NCBI GenBank assembly: GCA_963695855.1
Contig: CAVOHZ010000008.1
Coordinates: 352,001 to 416,000, forward strand
DNA length: 64,000 nucleotides
Source of the DNA: an uncultured Nitrososphaerales archaeon
Lineage (GTDB): Archaea > Thermoproteota > Nitrososphaeria > Nitrososphaerales > Nitrososphaeraceae
Direction: 5' to 3'
The number at the start of each line of letters is the position of its first letter. The first letter of the stretch is position 1. The notes below the pieces were generated by a model. The model did no database searches. It was not told where the DNA came from and saw only the letters and a program-made list of their open reading frames with translations. The translations under genes and the position numbers were made by a program. Shown one piece after another: positions 44,499 through 54,856 of the stretch.

Positions 44499-44628
44499 TA
44501 TCATTTTAATCATTTTTTTGAAGATTATTTCACAGCTATTGATTTTGTACGCTTGATTCTCTAATTTATTTAATTTAATCATTTTTTATTCAATACCTTT
44601 AATTTATGTATGATAATCGAATAATATT

Positions 44629-45492
44629 ATGTCTACCATGAAATATGTTCTTCTGGAACCTATGGGTGAAATTGCAGTTATAAAGATCAACAGACCTGAT
44701 GCATTAAATGCCATGAATTTTGATGTATTATGGGAATTATCTAAAACTATTGATATTGTTGGGGCAGATGAATCTATTAAGGCAGTTATTATAACAGGCT
44801 CTGGCGAAAGATCATTTTGTGCTGGAGCCGATATCGCTTATATGGTTAATATCAATCCTGTAGAGGCAGAAAAGTACGCATCTTCTGCTCAATCAGTGTT
44901 GAACAAGATTGAAAAATTAGAAAAACCAGTAATTGCTGCTGTAAATGGTTTTGCTTTGGGTGGCGGATGTGAGTTAGCTCTCGTTTGTGATATTCGAATC
45001 GCGTCATCTAACGCAAAAATAGGACAACCAGAAGTATCAATAGGCATACCCCCTGGCTGGGGTGGTACGCAAAGATTACTAAGAATAGTGGGACCATCCA
45101 AAGCGAAAGAATTGATTTTTACTGGAAAAATGATTAGTGCAGAAGAGGCTTATGAAATAGGATTAGTAAACATTTTAGTCAAATTAACTCATGAAGACAC
45201 TATCCCAGATGAAGTATCTCAAGATGATGTAGTTAAGGTAAAGGAAAGAGAAAAAGAAATCGCAAAAGTTCTAAATACCAAGTTACTTAACCAAGCTATT
45301 TCTCTAACAAAGGAAATCACAAAGAACAGTTATAATGCTGTCAAAGCTAGCAAGTTGCTAATTAACAAGGGTATGGACATGGATATTGATTCGGGCCTAA
45401 GAATGGAAATATATGCATGGGCGCTATGTTTTGCGCATGAAGATAGACAAAAACTTATGTCAGAATTTTTAAATAAAAGTAAAAAGAAGTAA
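44629..45492 (+). CDS. Crotonase-family enzyme, likely 3-hydroxypropionyl-CoA dehydratase/crotonyl-CoA hydratase of the 3HP/4HB cycle
   Basis: NRPDALNA, FCAGAD, ALGGGCE and QPEVSIGIPPGWGGTQRL motifs. The specific role is inferred from lineage. Confidence 0.85.
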   Translation: MSTMKYVLLEPMGEIAVIKINRPDALNAMNFDVLWELSKTIDIVGADESIKAVIITGSGERSFCAGADIAYMVNINPVEAEKYASSAQSVLNKIEKLEKPVIAAVNGFALGGGCELALVCDIRIASSNAKIGQPEVSIGIPPGWGGTQRLLRIVGPSKAKELIFTGKMISAEEAYEIGLVNILVKLTHEDTIPDEVSQDDVVKVKEREKEIAKVLNTKLLNQAISLTKEITKNSYNAVKASKLLINKGMDMDIDSGLRMEIYAWALCFAHEDRQKLMSEFLNKSKKK

Positions 45493-45561
45493 AATTAGAA
45501 CTAATGAATGATTGGCGATAATAATCACTAATAAAAGATTCTAAATACAAAATAATCACTA

Positions 45562-46527
45562 TCAATATTCATTTGTTTGTATAACCTTTGCACCATCACT
45601 TGGTTTACATAGGTAAACCTCGTTGTTTATATTTGAATCATTAAATCCTTTTTCAATCGCATTAATGATCTTATCTGAATATTTGTCCGTTTTTAGTATT
45701 GCTACAATTGATGGACCTGCACCACTAATGGTGAAAGCTAATGCACCTGCATTAAGAGCATATTTTTTCACAACATCATATCCTGGAATCATTTTCTTTC
45801 TCACAGGCTCTACTATCATATCTTCCATACCTCTAGAAATCATTTCTACATCTTTTAAAGCAAATCCCGCAACTATGGTGCTAGCATTAGCTATGTTTTT
45901 AATAACATTTTCTAATGGCACACTATGTGGAAGTATATTTCTTGCAGCTTCTGTCTTTTTTTTTGGTACTGGTATCTTTGGTATTCCTACTATAATATTG
46001 AGATCATTCGGTGGTTCGATTTTTATTAAATCAATTTTTGGAAAAGTTCTTACTATTACAAATCCCCCTAGCAATGAGCATGCAACATTGTCATAATGCT
46101 TGGTACCTGCAGAAGCGATCTCTCCTTCGGCTGCATACTCCACCAACCTCTTCTTGTCAAGTTGTAGCGCAAATAATTCATTAAATGCATACGCCGCGGC
46201 AACTGAAGAAGCAGCACTACTACCAATTCCATAACCTGCTGGCACACATTTTTTAATCTCTATTTCTATATCATTTTGTATCCTAAAATCTTCTGCCATT
46301 TTTTTAACTACAATGCTAGAAGAATTATGTTCTATTTCTATGGGAATTTTTGGTTCTGATTGTATAATTTTATTTATTATAATTTTCTGATTCTTTGATT
46401 GTTTCTTTATCACTTTAACCTCATCTTCAAATAGGTTTAGGGCCAATCCAAAAGTATCAAATCCAGGACCAAGATTAGCTGTGGAAGAAGGTGCAGTAGC
46501 AATACAGAAACTTTCTGTCATGATCAA
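45562..46527 (-). CDS. thrB: Homoserine kinase
   Basis: ANLGPGFD, GYGIGSSAAS, HYDNV and ISGAGPS motifs. Confidence 0.95.
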   Translation of the reverse strand: MIMTESFCIATAPSSTANLGPGFDTFGLALNLFEDEVKVIKKQSKNQKIIINKIIQSEPKIPIEIEHNSSSIVVKKMAEDFRIQNDIEIEIKKCVPAGYGIGSSAASSVAAAYAFNELFALQLDKKRLVEYAAEGEIASAGTKHYDNVACSLLGGFVIVRTFPKIDLIKIEPPNDLNIIVGIPKIPVPKKKTEAARNILPHSVPLENVIKNIANASTIVAGFALKDVEMISRGMEDMIVEPVRKKMIPGYDVVKKYALNAGALAFTISGAGPSIVAILKTDKYSDKIINAIEKGFNDSNINNEVYLCKPSDGAKVIQTNEY

Positions 46528-47282
46528 TATTGAATTTCTTCCCCTTGATTAAGTATTCTTGATAATGTGGCAGATAGATCTATAAATCCATTCATGGTTA
46601 AATTTGAGACTCCAATCAATTCATTGCCTAGAGCATTTTCAGAAAGATTTCTAATAATATCCTTGCTAAGTAATGAAAACTCATAATCATTTTCTTTATC
46701 TAATGCTTCCCTTAGAGCTGAATCAGAAGACGACCATTCTAAAATATTCTCTAAATCATTCAAAATCAAATCTTTTTTTGATAATACGTTAATCTGAGGT
46801 GTTCTTAATCTTAGATTAATTGATGCAGATAAAAGTGATAGCGATACAAAATTTATTGGTGAGGAAACCAAAACCCCATCCATCAAAAATATTGTTGCCT
46901 TATTTTCTGAATTAATATTAGCAACAATATAAGGTCCACTGGATCGATAGGAAAAAAGTTCGATTTGACCAGGAGTATCGACTAATACGTAATCTGGACT
47001 TAATCTGTCTATCTCTGTTTGTATCTCTCCGATCTTTGTCGCAATCAAATCATATGCCATGATTATCGAACCATTTGGTCCCAAACTATATGTCTCTTTT
47101 AGCTCATTGATATCTATGTAATCTCGAATGTCTATATCTGGATTGTATGGTAAATTTTCTACTGCTGGATCCAAATTCAGTGTAATCGATAAATTGTCAC
47201 GATCTTTATACCATTGGTCAAGTCTAGAAGTTAATAATGACTTTCCAGAGCCAGCAGTTCCAGTAATAAAAATCGTATTCAT
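46524..47282 (-). CDS. GPN-loop GTPase
   Basis: GTAGSGKS, NLDPA, LGPNG and DTPGQIE motifs. Confidence 0.93.
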   Translation of the reverse strand: MNTIFITGTAGSGKSLLTSRLDQWYKDRDNLSITLNLDPAVENLPYNPDIDIRDYIDINELKETYSLGPNGSIIMAYDLIATKIGEIQTEIDRLSPDYVLVDTPGQIELFSYRSSGPYIVANINSENKATIFLMDGVLVSSPINFVSLSLLSASINLRLRTPQINVLSKKDLILNDLENILEWSSSDSALREALDKENDYEFSLLSKDIIRNLSENALGNELIGVSNLTMNGFIDLSATLSRILNQGEEIQY

Positions 47283-47438
47283 ATGAAATTATTCTTTAAT
47301 TTTCAAATATTAGGATTTTAATTAATATCTTCCTATAGGCTATATGTATGATGTCATCGTAAAATCAATTAATCAAAAAATTATATTATTAAATTGATTG
47401 ATTATTATATACCTAAATTAGTTTACTGATTAGAGATA

Positions 47439-48476
47439 TTGAACTGGCGGTTCATAGCGATTATTGTTAGTCTTCTTCCTATCCTTTTATTGTTCATTTT
47501 CTCTCCGATATCAATAAGTGATATCTTTAGTGTTGGATTGTTTCCTTTTATCCTTTCGGTCATCTTTAGCTTAGGGAAGATATTTTTACAATCATATAGG
47601 TTTAAATATTTTGTAGACAATTTTTTAGGATATAAAATCTCTTCTACCTCCAAACTCATGTCAATAAGAGTAGGCAGTGAATTCGTTACCAACACAACTC
47701 CTTCATATGTTGGTGGAGAAATTATTAGAATTGCTTGGTTGACTCGAAATAATGTTCCTGCTGGTATATCTGCATGGATTGCTACAATGGAAATAATTGC
47801 TGATGTATTTGTTGGAACGACTCTTGCATTGATTGCAGGAATCATCGCCCTTTATCATGGGGCAACGTTGATAGGTATTATCACAATTTTGGTCTCTCTT
47901 TTGGTTTTAGGTTTTTGGTTACTGGTAATTATTTTTTCAGCCAAATATAACATTCAATTGCCTAATTTTGTTACAAAATTAATTAAAAGGTTTTTGTCTA
48001 AGGAAAGATCATATAAAATTATCAATTACACAAATTCTGCTATCGGCGACCTCTGTACTATGAGCAAAGAAAATTTTAACTCCTCAAAAACATTCAAGAT
48101 TTTCTTTGTTGGTATTTTTCTTACATTTTTAGCATTTGTATGCCATGGAGCGTCCTTTTTAATTTTAGGGGAATTGGTAGAATCCAATTTGGGATTATTT
48201 GATTCAATACTAGCGACTGCTGCTTCGACCCAGCTAGGCAGTTTACCAATAACTATTGGAGGTTCAGGGATAACAGAACTGGGTCTTTGGGCGTATGTTT
48301 CTGGTCTCAATCATATACCATCATTAAATGATGTTTTAGGAGATTCGCATTTAAAAGTAATAATATCTTGGAGGATTGCCTCTTATCATATTCCATTGAT
48401 TATAATGTGGATTGTCTTGATGAGAATAACAGTCGATAAAGGGATTACTTCTAAAAAGAAGAAATTATCTGAATAA
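47439..48476 (+). CDS. UPF0104/lysylphosphatidylglycerol synthase TM-domain (flippase-like) protein
   Basis: TPSYVGGE, PITIGGSGITE and WRIASY motifs; multi-TM. Confidence 0.85.
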   Translation: MNWRFIAIIVSLLPILLLFIFSPISISDIFSVGLFPFILSVIFSLGKIFLQSYRFKYFVDNFLGYKISSTSKLMSIRVGSEFVTNTTPSYVGGEIIRIAWLTRNNVPAGISAWIATMEIIADVFVGTTLALIAGIIALYHGATLIGIITILVSLLVLGFWLLVIIFSAKYNIQLPNFVTKLIKRFLSKERSYKIINYTNSAIGDLCTMSKENFNSSKTFKIFFVGIFLTFLAFVCHGASFLILGELVESNLGLFDSILATAASTQLGSLPITIGGSGITELGLWAYVSGLNHIPSLNDVLGDSHLKVIISWRIASYHIPLIIMWIVLMRITVDKGITSKKKKLSE

Positions 48477-48597
48477 GTATTAAACTAGGAAAATAGTTTC
48501 TAGTTTCAAGTAAAAGAAAATGAAAAAAACAAAATTTGAAATACCAAATAATTTTAAGTATTGAATTTTATATATTTGTATGGAACTATTATGTTCC

Positions 48598-49041
48598 CTA
48601 CGCTTCATCATCAACATCAACATCTGTAGGCCCTTTAATTGCTTCTTCAGATTCAACATCCATCAGTTGTAATTCAATTAATTCAAATTGATAAATGTGA
48701 TCCATTTCTAACATGTATTGCATCTTGAGAAATTCTCTAGTTTTTTCACTAAGTTTTCCCTTTGACATTTTTATCTTAAATTCATAAACAAATCCCTTCA
48801 TACAATTGGAAATATCTTGAGATTTTGGAATCTCAATTCCCTCTATAATGGTTCGACCATCAGGTATTGATTCATATAATTGTATGTCTAATTTATTATC
48901 ATTGTAATATGTTTCTAGTATATATCCAGTCCTATTTAGTATTTCAGATTCAGCTAATTCGATAGATCTTATTTCATCCTCCACCCATTGAGGAATTCCT
49001 TCTCTTTCTGATGTTTTGCTTGAGCTTTTGGTTCTCGGCAT
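48598..49041 (-). CDS. Hypothetical protein
   Basis: 147-aa ATG ORF with TATA-like upstream; acidic tail. Confidence 0.75.
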   Translation of the reverse strand: MPRTKSSSKTSEREGIPQWVEDEIRSIELAESEILNRTGYILETYYNDNKLDIQLYESIPDGRTIIEGIEIPKSQDISNCMKGFVYEFKIKMSKGKLSEKTREFLKMQYMLEMDHIYQFELIELQLMDVESEEAIKGPTDVDVDDEA

Positions 49042-49099
49042 TTTATTTATTATTAGAATATTTAACTAGATAAAAGTTTTCCATATCATAATCAAGTTT

Positions 49100-49720
49100 C
49101 TAGAGCGTCAATCTTAGAATATTTTTCTAATAGCCTATTTTCTTATATTTTGCTAATATATCTAAATTTAATCTTGATCTTGTCTAATAAAAATAATTGC
49201 CTTTTAGTCGCGAAATATGGTTCAATTTTTTTCATAAATATATCATAATTCTTGTCTAAGAAATTCACTTATGTTATTGGTGCGAAATCATCTGACCATC
49301 TATTTATTTCTCTGTAAATTCATTTTAAATTCAGATTTTCAAATTCCTCTAATTTACTACATTTTTCATAGAAGATTCTAAATTTTTCAGATCCAGCTTC
49401 ATATTTTCCAATCAACTGATTACTGATTAGTTGAGAGTCTCATCGGATTCATGTGAATGTTTTTTCCCATTTTTTCTTTAGCATAAGTGTACTAATTTTA
49501 CCACTCGTGTATACTCTTCAACATTATTGAAGCCTTTGAAATATATTCGTAAGCAATGTGCACTGTCTCATAAACAATAGAAAATTTTTATCATTTTTTA
49601 GCATTATAAAACCATACCAATATGTCTGTTCGGAGATATAAGGATTGCACCTCCCATCAAAATCGTCTACAAAAGACTCGATCAGATCCATAGAACAACA
49701 CATGGAAAATTTTCAACGAT
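49100..49720 (-). pseudogene. Possible decayed gene of unknown function
   Basis: Protein-like stretches (e.g. QLIGKYEAGSEKFRIFYEKCSKLEEFENL) interrupted by stops. Confidence 0.3.
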
Positions 49721-49794
49721 AGTTTTCAATGATAAATAAATATTTCATTTTTAAAAACTTCCTTGAACAAACGCATATTATCTTTTGCTGATTC

Positions 49795-50358
49795 TTAATT
49801 CTTGTTTACAATTTCGGCTAAATGCTTAATATCACTTTCAAAATCCAAAATCAGATTTCTATTGTAAATTGTAGCTGCAGGATGGTATGTTATAAAATAA
49901 TCTATCCCATTCTTTCTTAAAATCTTTCCTCTATGTTGACTTATTGATTTGATATCTAGAATATAAGAGCCCGCAACGTTTCCCAATATACATATTATTT
50001 TTGGTTTTAAAAGGTTGATTTGTCTAGCAAGATAATTTGAACATGTATCTTTCTCATGATTCTTAGGTTGTCTGTTGTTTGGAGGTTTACATTTTACAAT
50101 ATTTGTAATAAATACATCTTCAATATCAATACCACATTTAATTAATGTTTTTCTCAAGATCATTCCTGCCGTACCCACAAATGGTCTTCCACTTTGATCT
50201 TCATTAAATCCCGGAGCTTCCCCTATGATCATTAACTTTTTTCTAAATTCTCCTTCGCCAGGTACTGCATTCTTTCTAGTATCTGAAAGTGCACATAAGG
50301 TACATATTCTAATCTCATTTGCTATTTTATCCATTGTCTCCGTATTAACATAATCCAT
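49795..50358 (-). CDS. udg: Family 4 uracil-DNA glycosylase
   Basis: CTLC Fe-S ligands, GEAPG, GRPFVG, NIVKCKPP and TYHPA motifs. Confidence 0.94.
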   Translation of the reverse strand: MDYVNTETMDKIANEIRICTLCALSDTRKNAVPGEGEFRKKLMIIGEAPGFNEDQSGRPFVGTAGMILRKTLIKCGIDIEDVFITNIVKCKPPNNRQPKNHEKDTCSNYLARQINLLKPKIICILGNVAGSYILDIKSISQHRGKILRKNGIDYFITYHPAATIYNRNLILDFESDIKHLAEIVNKN

Positions 50359-50709
50359 TTTATCTTTTAGAAATTAGAATATCTCTTTAATGTTATATTA
50401 AATATTCTTTTTTACTATCTTTTAAATTTATATGAAAATCGAAAACCATTAGACATGTAATTCCTTATGTTACAGAACCTGGACAAATGTCGATCTTGAT
50501 AATATGGGATTATTTTAGCACAGATATTTTTGTAATGTATTATTAAGATTTATTATTAGATGTGTAATAGATAAATCGATCATAATCATATTTAAACCAC
50601 GTCAATAAATAGAATGTTTTGTACACAGTCACGTGAATGTTACATAAATATTATTCTTATTTGCATATACCAATTTCAGAATCTTTCGCAATGGATATAA
50701 AGACTCAAA

Positions 50710-51405
50710 TTGGTTCGAGAGTTACATCGAAATGTGAATATAGATAATTGTTTTTTTCCAGATAATCTTCTCTATGATATGGAAAATTTTGTCTGGGTTG
50801 ATATTTCTAATAAAAACTCCATTAAGTTAGGTATAACACCAATAATGTCGTCTATATCTGGCAGAGTGTTCTCTGTTAAATTAAAAGAAAAAAATATCAT
50901 TATTGCAAAGGGAAAAAGTGTCGGATCAATTGAAAGTTTAAAATATTTTGGAATAATAAGATCTCCAATTTCTGGCAAAATAGAAACTGAGAATAACAGA
51001 ATCATTGAAAAACCGAATTTGGTAAATGATAGTCCTTACGAACAAGGTTGGTTTGTAATAATTTATCCTACAAATTTAGAAAATGAATTAAAATATCTAA
51101 AGAACGCAAACGATTGTCGTGAACAATTGAAAATAATAATAAAAGATCTGAATGTTCGTTGTTTCAAGTATTTTCCAGACTACGAATTATATGAAATCGG
51201 ATCAGAATGCGTTGCGACACTGATGAAATTAGATGATTTGTTATCAACAATTAAGGTTGGTGAAATAGTATATTTAGTTTCAGATGATGTGACAGCAGAT
51301 ATTGAGCTTGAAAGATGGTCATTGGAGAATTCACAATCCGTTGTTGACATCAGAAAAGAGAAAAATCTTTTTCATTTTTTGATACGAAAAGAAAAAGATA
51401 TTTAA
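50710..51405 (+). CDS. Glycine cleavage H-like lipoyl domain fused to a TusA/SirA-like domain
   Basis: LGIT...SIESLK...SPISG...VNDSPYEQGW (GcvH), then GSECVATLMKL...GEIVYLVSDD...DIE..RW...FLIRK (TusA-like). Confidence 0.82.
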   Translation: MVRELHRNVNIDNCFFPDNLLYDMENFVWVDISNKNSIKLGITPIMSSISGRVFSVKLKEKNIIIAKGKSVGSIESLKYFGIIRSPISGKIETENNRIIEKPNLVNDSPYEQGWFVIIYPTNLENELKYLKNANDCREQLKIIIKDLNVRCFKYFPDYELYEIGSECVATLMKLDDLLSTIKVGEIVYLVSDDVTADIELERWSLENSQSVVDIRKEKNLFHFLIRKEKDI

Positions 51406-51419
51406 AACTTCTATTGTAT

Positions 51420-52262
51420 TTATTTTTCTATTGGATTTGCTATCATATTTCCCCATTCTGTCCAAGACCCGTCATAATTCTTTACATCTTTATAACCTAA
51501 CAAATGTCTTAAAACAAACCATGTATGAGATGAACGTTCTCCTATTCTGCAGTATGTAATTACCTCTTTGTCCGGCGTAATTCCAGCTGATTCATATAGA
51601 TTTAAAAGATCATCGGCAGATTTGAATGTTCCATCCTCGTTTACTGCCTTAGACCATGGAATATTTACAGCACCGGGGATATGACCTCCTCTTTGTGCAT
51701 GTTCAGTTGGGTATTCGGGAGGTGCAGTGATCTGACCAGTAAATTCTGCTGGACTCCTTACATCAATTCTTACAGTCTTTTCAGATTGTAAAGAGTCTCT
51801 AACCTGATTTAAAAAAGACCTTAAATTTAAGTCTGGTTCACCAGGGAGTATATTTCCAGTAGTAAATGCAGGTATCTCTTTTGAAATTGGTCGGTCTTCT
51901 TCTAGCCATTTTTTCCTGCCTCCATTCATTATTTTAATGTTTTTCAAACCATAATATTCAAACACCCAAAAAGCGAAAGCAGCGAACCAATTGTTAAAAT
52001 CACCGTATAAAACTAAAGTGGTATCGTCATTTATTCCAGCTTTTTGTAGCAAGTTCAAACAATCATCCTTTGAAATAATATTTCTTGTAACCGGATCATT
52101 GATATCATTCTTCCAATCGAATATTACAGAATTTGGTATGTGGCCAAGAAAATAATTTGTCTTTGGATCATAATCCACCTCAGCTATACGTACTTTGTCA
52201 TCATTAAGGTGTTCTTCTACCCACTTTGTATCTACAAGTACATTAGGATTAGAGTACTCCAT
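51420..52262 (-). CDS. Tandem-domain rhodanese (thiosulfate sulfurtransferase)
   Basis: GHIP twice, DVRSPAEF, active site YCRIGERS, and YDGSWTEWG. Confidence 0.95.
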   Translation of the reverse strand: MEYSNPNVLVDTKWVEEHLNDDKVRIAEVDYDPKTNYFLGHIPNSVIFDWKNDINDPVTRNIISKDDCLNLLQKAGINDDTTLVLYGDFNNWFAAFAFWVFEYYGLKNIKIMNGGRKKWLEEDRPISKEIPAFTTGNILPGEPDLNLRSFLNQVRDSLQSEKTVRIDVRSPAEFTGQITAPPEYPTEHAQRGGHIPGAVNIPWSKAVNEDGTFKSADDLLNLYESAGITPDKEVITYCRIGERSSHTWFVLRHLLGYKDVKNYDGSWTEWGNMIANPIEK

Positions 52263-52359
52263 TAGTAATATAATTAAAACGCCGTTATAAAAATTAAATC
52301 TTCTAAAAATCCTTTATGCTTTTAAATTAAATTAAATATCTGAAATTTACATTTACAAT

Positions 52360-52689
52360 ATGGATAAATTAGATTATATTTTTCAAATGCAAAAGGATTT
52401 AGAAAAATATGTTACTACTTCTCGATATCCCGAAAAGCTAGAGGATAGAATTTCAGCTTTGTCTGTAGCAATAATTCATGAAGCAGTAGAGCTCCAAAGA
52501 TTAACAAATTGGAAGTGGTGGAAAACACCAGTAGATTTTGATCTTAAACTTGCAAAAGAGGAATTGATAGATATCCTACATTTCATTATACAAGTTTCAA
52601 TAGAACTAGGAATGAGTCCTTCCGAAATATTACAAGAATTTTCAAATAAACATTCTGTAAATATGAACAGACAAAAAACTAACTACTAG
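52360..52689 (+). CDS. All-alpha dUTPase / NTP pyrophosphatase
   Basis: HEAVEL...WKWWK...EELIDILHF motif. Confidence 0.88.
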   Translation: MDKLDYIFQMQKDLEKYVTTSRYPEKLEDRISALSVAIIHEAVELQRLTNWKWWKTPVDFDLKLAKEELIDILHFIIQVSIELGMSPSEILQEFSNKHSVNMNRQKTNY

Positions 52690-53180
52690 CTACTATCGAT
52701 TTTATTTTTCTTAAGTCTGTTAATCCGATTTTGTCTACTAATTCTATTTTATTTCTGAAATTTTCGATCTGTTCTTCTGTGCAGGATAAAATAGGATATG
52801 GACCTTTAGCACCAATTATTCTCTTTTCTCTACTAATTCCATTTTTTTTCAGAGAAATCAGAGCCTGACCTGAGAAATGTCCTCTAACATCTTTACCACA
52901 CATTAAAATAGTGTGTATTTTTTTATTTTCTTCTGTAAATTTTATGATCTGATCTATTCCTCTATTCTCCGAAAGTAGTCTACCGACTATCGATATTTTA
53001 TTCATAATTTCGCGATCTTTTCCAATTTTTTCTAGTAGTTTCAAACTAGATAAAGTACAAATTGCAATGTGACTCCCGTCTCCAAGAAAATACTGTTTTT
53101 TAATTGGAATTAAATAATAACAACAAATTCCAAGTATTTTGTCGAATTCAGATCTTATTGAGGATTCTTTTTTTATTCAT
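52679..53180 (-). CDS. Stand-alone MtrA-like corrinoid-binding protein; 5' end frameshifted in an A7 run
   Basis: AICTLSS, G.L.SENRGI, CGKDVRGHFSGQAL and RIIGAKGPYP motifs. The frame extends upstream of the ORF-track start, but the ATG at 53180 is one base out of frame. Confidence 0.8.
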
Positions 53181-53209
53181 ATTTTCAGAGTTTGTGTCGC
53201 ATGAAATTA

Positions 53210-54175
53210 TTAATTGTTCTTGATTTCCTGCTTTCTTCTTTTTGATTGAATTATTCCCATCAACTGAAAACCATATTCTATGTTATGTTTAACATGATTT
53301 ATACCATGTTTTCCTTTAGGGGCAAAACCTCCATCTAATACATTTTCCAAGTATAATTTTGTTTTCTTTATAGAATTGGCAGCGTGTTGTAATTGACTTT
53401 CGGACAGTTTTCTTCCTGCTTCTCTTTCAATAGCATCACTAAATTTCTCTGTTTCAATTAATTTACTGAACTCCTGAATCTTTTGATAGTTATTGCATAA
53501 CTCCACTACTTTTTTCTGGTCAGATTCTTGTAAATTTGAATATAAATTCTGTAAATCCTTTTCATTTCTTCCAGTTACTAGTTCTAATATTTTGATTATT
53601 TGATTCTCAATAGAAACACCACGGGCACCTTGTAAATCAAACGACCTTATTTTCAGGAGTTGTTGTTCCAAGTTAAACTTTGAATTTTGATAATAGTTAT
53701 TTATTGAAAATAAATTGACAGAATTTCCTTCTATATCTTTTCCATATTTAATAATGTGCATAAGATTTACAATAATTACAGGGAAAATTAGTTTTAGATT
53801 TTCATCAAGTTTATAATGATTCTCCATAACATCTCTATAAACATTAAAAGTTACAGTATTTACAACATCCTTCTTCTTCTCATCACTTATCCTTGAGAAT
53901 ATTGTTAACAAGTCATAAATTTGTGATTGCGAAAAAGTGAAATTATTATTAACAGAATATATTGATATTATCTTTAGAGCATCAAACCATTTGTCAGATG
54001 GATTAGACTTTTGATTATTTCTTAGTATTTCTGTAATTTCGCTTTTAATATTATTATCGTGAAAATTGAGCAAGTTAAATATATTGGTAATTATATCAGT
54101 CATCAAGACCTTTTCGTCATTCCAATTTTGTAAAATTACATGTTTATTCTGCATTGGTAGAGAATCACTGTTCAT
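53210..54175 (-). CDS. Hypothetical protein
   Basis: 321-aa ATG ORF; C-terminal HGINHVKHNIEYG. Confidence 0.75.
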   Translation of the reverse strand: MNSDSLPMQNKHVILQNWNDEKVLMTDIITNIFNLLNFHDNNIKSEITEILRNNQKSNPSDKWFDALKIISIYSVNNNFTFSQSQIYDLLTIFSRISDEKKKDVVNTVTFNVYRDVMENHYKLDENLKLIFPVIIVNLMHIIKYGKDIEGNSVNLFSINNYYQNSKFNLEQQLLKIRSFDLQGARGVSIENQIIKILELVTGRNEKDLQNLYSNLQESDQKKVVELCNNYQKIQEFSKLIETEKFSDAIEREAGRKLSESQLQHAANSIKKTKLYLENVLDGGFAPKGKHGINHVKHNIEYGFQLMGIIQSKRRKQEIKNN

Positions 54176-54322
54176 AATAATCCTTAAGATCTACCTTTTT
54201 ATACTAAAGATTTCTTTAAAAACCTATTGGAAATTTTGAGATAATCTAGAAAAAAAGTATTAATCTGAATCAACACCATAATTATATACTAATATTTCGA
54301 TAGATCATACGATATCCTCAAA

Positions 54323-54856
54323 ATGAAAACAGATGGACTTGTATTGATTTATACTGGAAAAGGCAAAGGAAAAACTACTGCTGCATTAGGAATAGTATTA
54401 AGAGCTCTAGGACATGGTTTGAAAGTATTAATGGTTCAATTTATTAAAGGAGAGTGGTATTATGGCGAGCTTTCTAGTTCTAAAAGACTGGAACCAGAAT
54501 TCGAGCTAATAGCAGCTGGGCGAGGATTTATAGGCATATTGGATGATGATCATGAATTTGAAGAGCACAAAAGGGCTGCGACAGACGCAATCCGTCTAGC
54601 CAAGGAAAAGATATTGTCGAGAGCATTCGATATAGTTATCCTTGATGAAATCAATTATGCCATTAAACTGAATCTCATAACAATTGATGAGGTTCTGGAA
54701 CTCATCGATGTAAAACCCAAAGAGACTTCACTAGTTTTGACAGGTAATTATGCTCCCAAGGAAATTATACAAGTAGCAGATTTGGTTACTGAAATGAAAG
54801 AAATAAAACATCCATATAGATTAGGTGTAAAGGCTAAGGAAGGGATAGATTACTAA
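54323..54856 (+). CDS. cobO: Cob(I)alamin adenosyltransferase (CobA/CobO/BtuR type)
   Basis: YTGKGKGKTTAALG, VQFIKG, LDEI, LTG, ADLVTEM..KHP and GIDY motifs. Confidence 0.95.
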   Translation: MKTDGLVLIYTGKGKGKTTAALGIVLRALGHGLKVLMVQFIKGEWYYGELSSSKRLEPEFELIAAGRGFIGILDDDHEFEEHKRAATDAIRLAKEKILSRAFDIVILDEINYAIKLNLITIDEVLELIDVKPKETSLVLTGNYAPKEIIQVADLVTEMKEIKHPYRLGVKAKEGIDY

